Origin: Serratia phage PCH45
Sequence record: NC_091964.1
Strand: one strand, 5' to 3'
DNA: 32,000 bases
Below are positions 30,325 to 32,000 of this stretch, piece after piece (within the stretch, counting starts at the first letter, position 1; each line of letters begins with the position of its first letter). The position numbers and the translations under genes were made by a program. The notes under the pieces were generated by a model that was given only the letters and a program-made list of their open reading frames with translations, did no database searches and was not told the origin of the DNA.

Positions 30325-30616
30325 ACTCTCCGAACGTAAGAGCTATATTGACGATCTAGGCGAACATCTACAAGCTTGGTTCTACGATAAGTTCTTGATG
30401 GACTTCACCGAGGATCTGAACGAAGAAGAAAAAGACAAGATCGAAGAGCGATGGTTCAATTGGCTCGACGTGATTGAGTTAGTCCAAACTTCTGATTACT
30501 TCGAACTGCTATACCGTTTCATCGAACAGATAGCGGATGTTGATTACGAAATCGACAAAGTCAAAGTAACCAGACGAAAGGTGATAATTGAGTATGGACA
30601 ACGTAGTAGTAATTGA
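30107..30616 (+). CDS. hypothetical acidic protein, 169 aa from TTG, or the C-terminal part of a fused gene
   Basis: TTG lies 9 nt after AGGAG, immediately after a stop in this frame (30098-30100). Composition is protein-like throughout. Confidence 0.55.
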   Translation: MGRSRRIRRLLESSAPEREECLILTEPSALRILRYDLVFTDKLKDSEIEDLILSWVTAYQALRTPFESFWEFKLSERKSYIDDLGEHLQAWFYDKFLMDFTEDLNEEEKDKIEERWFNWLDVIELVQTSDYFELLYRFIEQIADVDYEIDKVKVTRRKVIIEYGQRSSN

Positions 30617-31085
30617 CCTCAGAAGACTTATCCTTAACGCAGACATCTATATCGATCGTCTGTTACGCGAACATCCTAAACTCGCTACACGGATTACTTA
30701 CAGCCGTAGCAAGCGCGGGCCGTTACGCGAATACATCTACAACCGGTTCTGGAACATTCTCAACGAAACGACGAAATATAAGTTCGATGAGTTGGAAGAA
30801 GACCTTTACCTCGGACAGATGTTTAAAGACTGGAACCCGCAAAGTTGGTATCGTGACGAGAACAAAGATCTCATTATCGATGACCAGGGTTCTTTCGATT
30901 TTCTTAGTGGGTGGGTAGAAGAGCTTGATGGTGATCTTAATACGATCATCAGCAAAGAGCGTTTGAATGTCGGTTGGAAGATACTTCAGATCGATATCTC
31001 ATCTACCACACTTACCGTAGAGTTATACGGAGATTGGCGTGCGCAGAAATGGTGCGAGGAGAATAACATCGAATACAAGCTCTAG
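30594..31085 (+). CDS. hypothetical protein, 163 aa
   Basis: I prefer ATG 30594 (MDNVVVIDLRRL) over the track TTG 30588. The N-terminus resembles that of ORF 29860. Confidence 0.65.
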   Translation: MDNVVVIDLRRLILNADIYIDRLLREHPKLATRITYSRSKRGPLREYIYNRFWNILNETTKYKFDELEEDLYLGQMFKDWNPQSWYRDENKDLIIDDQGSFDFLSGWVEELDGDLNTIISKERLNVGWKILQIDISSTTLTVELYGDWRAQKWCEENNIEYKL

Positions 31086-31431
31086 ACCAGCTTTTATAAT
31101 TCCAATATCTGGTCAATTACGGTACTTCATACACGCAGTTGAAAAACTCGACGAAGATGCGGCGTTGGGTGTTAATGAGAAAGACGTTTTCCGTTGCCTC
31201 ATTACCGACGCCCTTGACATGGATGACCCCAGGCTTGCTCGTAAGTATGAACGCTTTGTCGATGAGTATGGGGCATTCGGTATCGATCGAATGGATATAA
31301 TGACCTTGTTCGAAGAGGTCGTTTTTAGATTAGAAGAATTATTCAGAGAGCACGGGGTTCATCCAGGACCCCGTTACTCTTTCAGCTGGCTTCCTAACAG
31401 CAGGAATGTATTCATTTACGAAGAGGACTAA
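31039..31431 (+). CDS. hypothetical protein, 130 aa (start uncertain)
   Basis: GTG 31039 lies 6 nt after GGAG. Overlaps the previous gene by 47 nt. There is no in-frame ATG until aa 60 of the track ORF. Confidence 0.5.
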   Translation: MRRNGARRITSNTSSRPAFIIPISGQLRYFIHAVEKLDEDAALGVNEKDVFRCLITDALDMDDPRLARKYERFVDEYGAFGIDRMDIMTLFEEVVFRLEELFREHGVHPGPRYSFSWLPNSRNVFIYEED

Positions 31432-31433
31432 CT

Positions 31434-31817
31434 ATGTATTTGATAGACGCTCGGCGTAAAAACAAGGAATTAATTCGCCTGGCGAAAGAAGCTAAAGATC
31501 GCTACCGTATTCAGCTGGTTGATTTCTATCGTCTGGCTACGATCACGGCATATGCGATCGAAATAACACCAATAACAAGAAAGTCGCAGCATTACGCAAC
31601 TGATATGTCTACCCTTACTTATGTCACGGATGAAATTATTCGTATATTAGGTGAGGATTACTTGGACAGAGAGTATCGTGGGCTACATGCGTTAATCGGT
31701 GTTGCAGGGACTGCCATGAGAAGTAACCTACCTCCCATCGACGAGGATACTGACTTACGTCGTCTTCGCGTTGCTCCTGACTTACTGAAAGGGTTGATTT
31801 ATGCGAGGGAGAGATGA
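31434..31817 (+). CDS. hypothetical protein, 127 aa
   Basis: ATG with GAGGA 7 nt upstream. Confidence 0.65.
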   Translation: MYLIDARRKNKELIRLAKEAKDRYRIQLVDFYRLATITAYAIEITPITRKSQHYATDMSTLTYVTDEIIRILGEDYLDREYRGLHALIGVAGTAMRSNLPPIDEDTDLRRLRVAPDLLKGLIYARER

Positions 31818-32000
31818 TTATAATTCTACCAATGTCGAGGCCGCTCTATAAGTACTTAGACGACTTAGAAACTGGCAGCTTCGGCCAAAGTCTTCTTTCG
31901 ATTGTGCTCACGGGGTTCCTTAACAATATGATGGTAAGGAACTTCGACCTGAAATCTCATCTCTTCGATGTTGATTATATTGATGGGCTGTACGGGTCAG
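31814..32000 (+). CDS. 5' part of a gene running off the right edge (hypothetical)
   Basis: ATGA start/stop overlap with the previous gene, GGGAGAG upstream, and an open frame to nt 32000. Confidence 0.5.
   Translation, partial: MIIILPMSRPLYKYLDDLETGSFGQSLLSIVLTGFLNNMMVRNFDLKSHLFDVDYIDGLYGS

Noticed and set aside
1-32000. CRISPR arrays, tRNA or rRNA genes, integrase, transposase or homing endonuclease genes, and prophage boundaries
   Set aside because: I saw no regularly spaced direct repeats, no tRNA-like T-arm consensus (GGTTCGAATCC) in the intergenic regions, and no HNH, GIY-YIG, LAGLIDADG or tyrosine-recombinase motifs in any ORF. I inspected by eye only, so a short tRNA could have been missed.

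Overview
This window looks like one contiguous piece of a phiKZ-like, nucleus-forming (Chimalliviridae-type) jumbo myophage. The codon usage, Shine-Dalgarno sites and GC content (about 45-50%) suggest an enterobacterial host. I found no rRNA, tRNA, CRISPR array, integrase or transposase.

Layout:
- (1) nt 1-10845 is a virion and packaging module. It holds a translationally coupled tail sheath and tail tube pair on the minus strand. Running the other way are three large genes (309, 844 and 576 aa) and a well-supported large terminase.
- (2) nt 10858-26499 holds about 30 small plus-strand genes, mostly of unknown function, in short units. These units are delimited by very stable tetraloop terminators. 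They are preceded by a repeated AT-rich promoter-like element, TATATAT(T/C)A..(A/T)GTG followed by TCAAT(T), in five copies. Recognisable products are an HD phosphohydrolase, a signal-peptide SLT-type lytic transglycosylase with a secreted neighbour, a CYTH/triphosphate-tunnel-like protein and a triple zinc-ribbon protein. One minus-strand gene (12377-13600) sits in this region and is insulated by terminators.
- (3) nt 26547-28931 holds a minus-strand 278 aa gene. Divergent from it is a PhuZ-like phage tubulin (GCGGGGTN and GGGTGA motifs) followed by two small genes.
- (4) nt 28932-29275 is an ORF-free, hairpin-rich stretch of about 340 nt that ends in a terminator. I treat it as a candidate structured ncRNA.
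- (5) nt 29292-32000 is a new promoter copy followed by an array of small, weakly paralogous genes.

The most notable items are the tubulin locus with its adjacent candidate RNA, the repeated promoter/leader element, and several abnormal long out-of-frame gene overlaps. All family assignments come from reading motifs by eye; no database search was possible.
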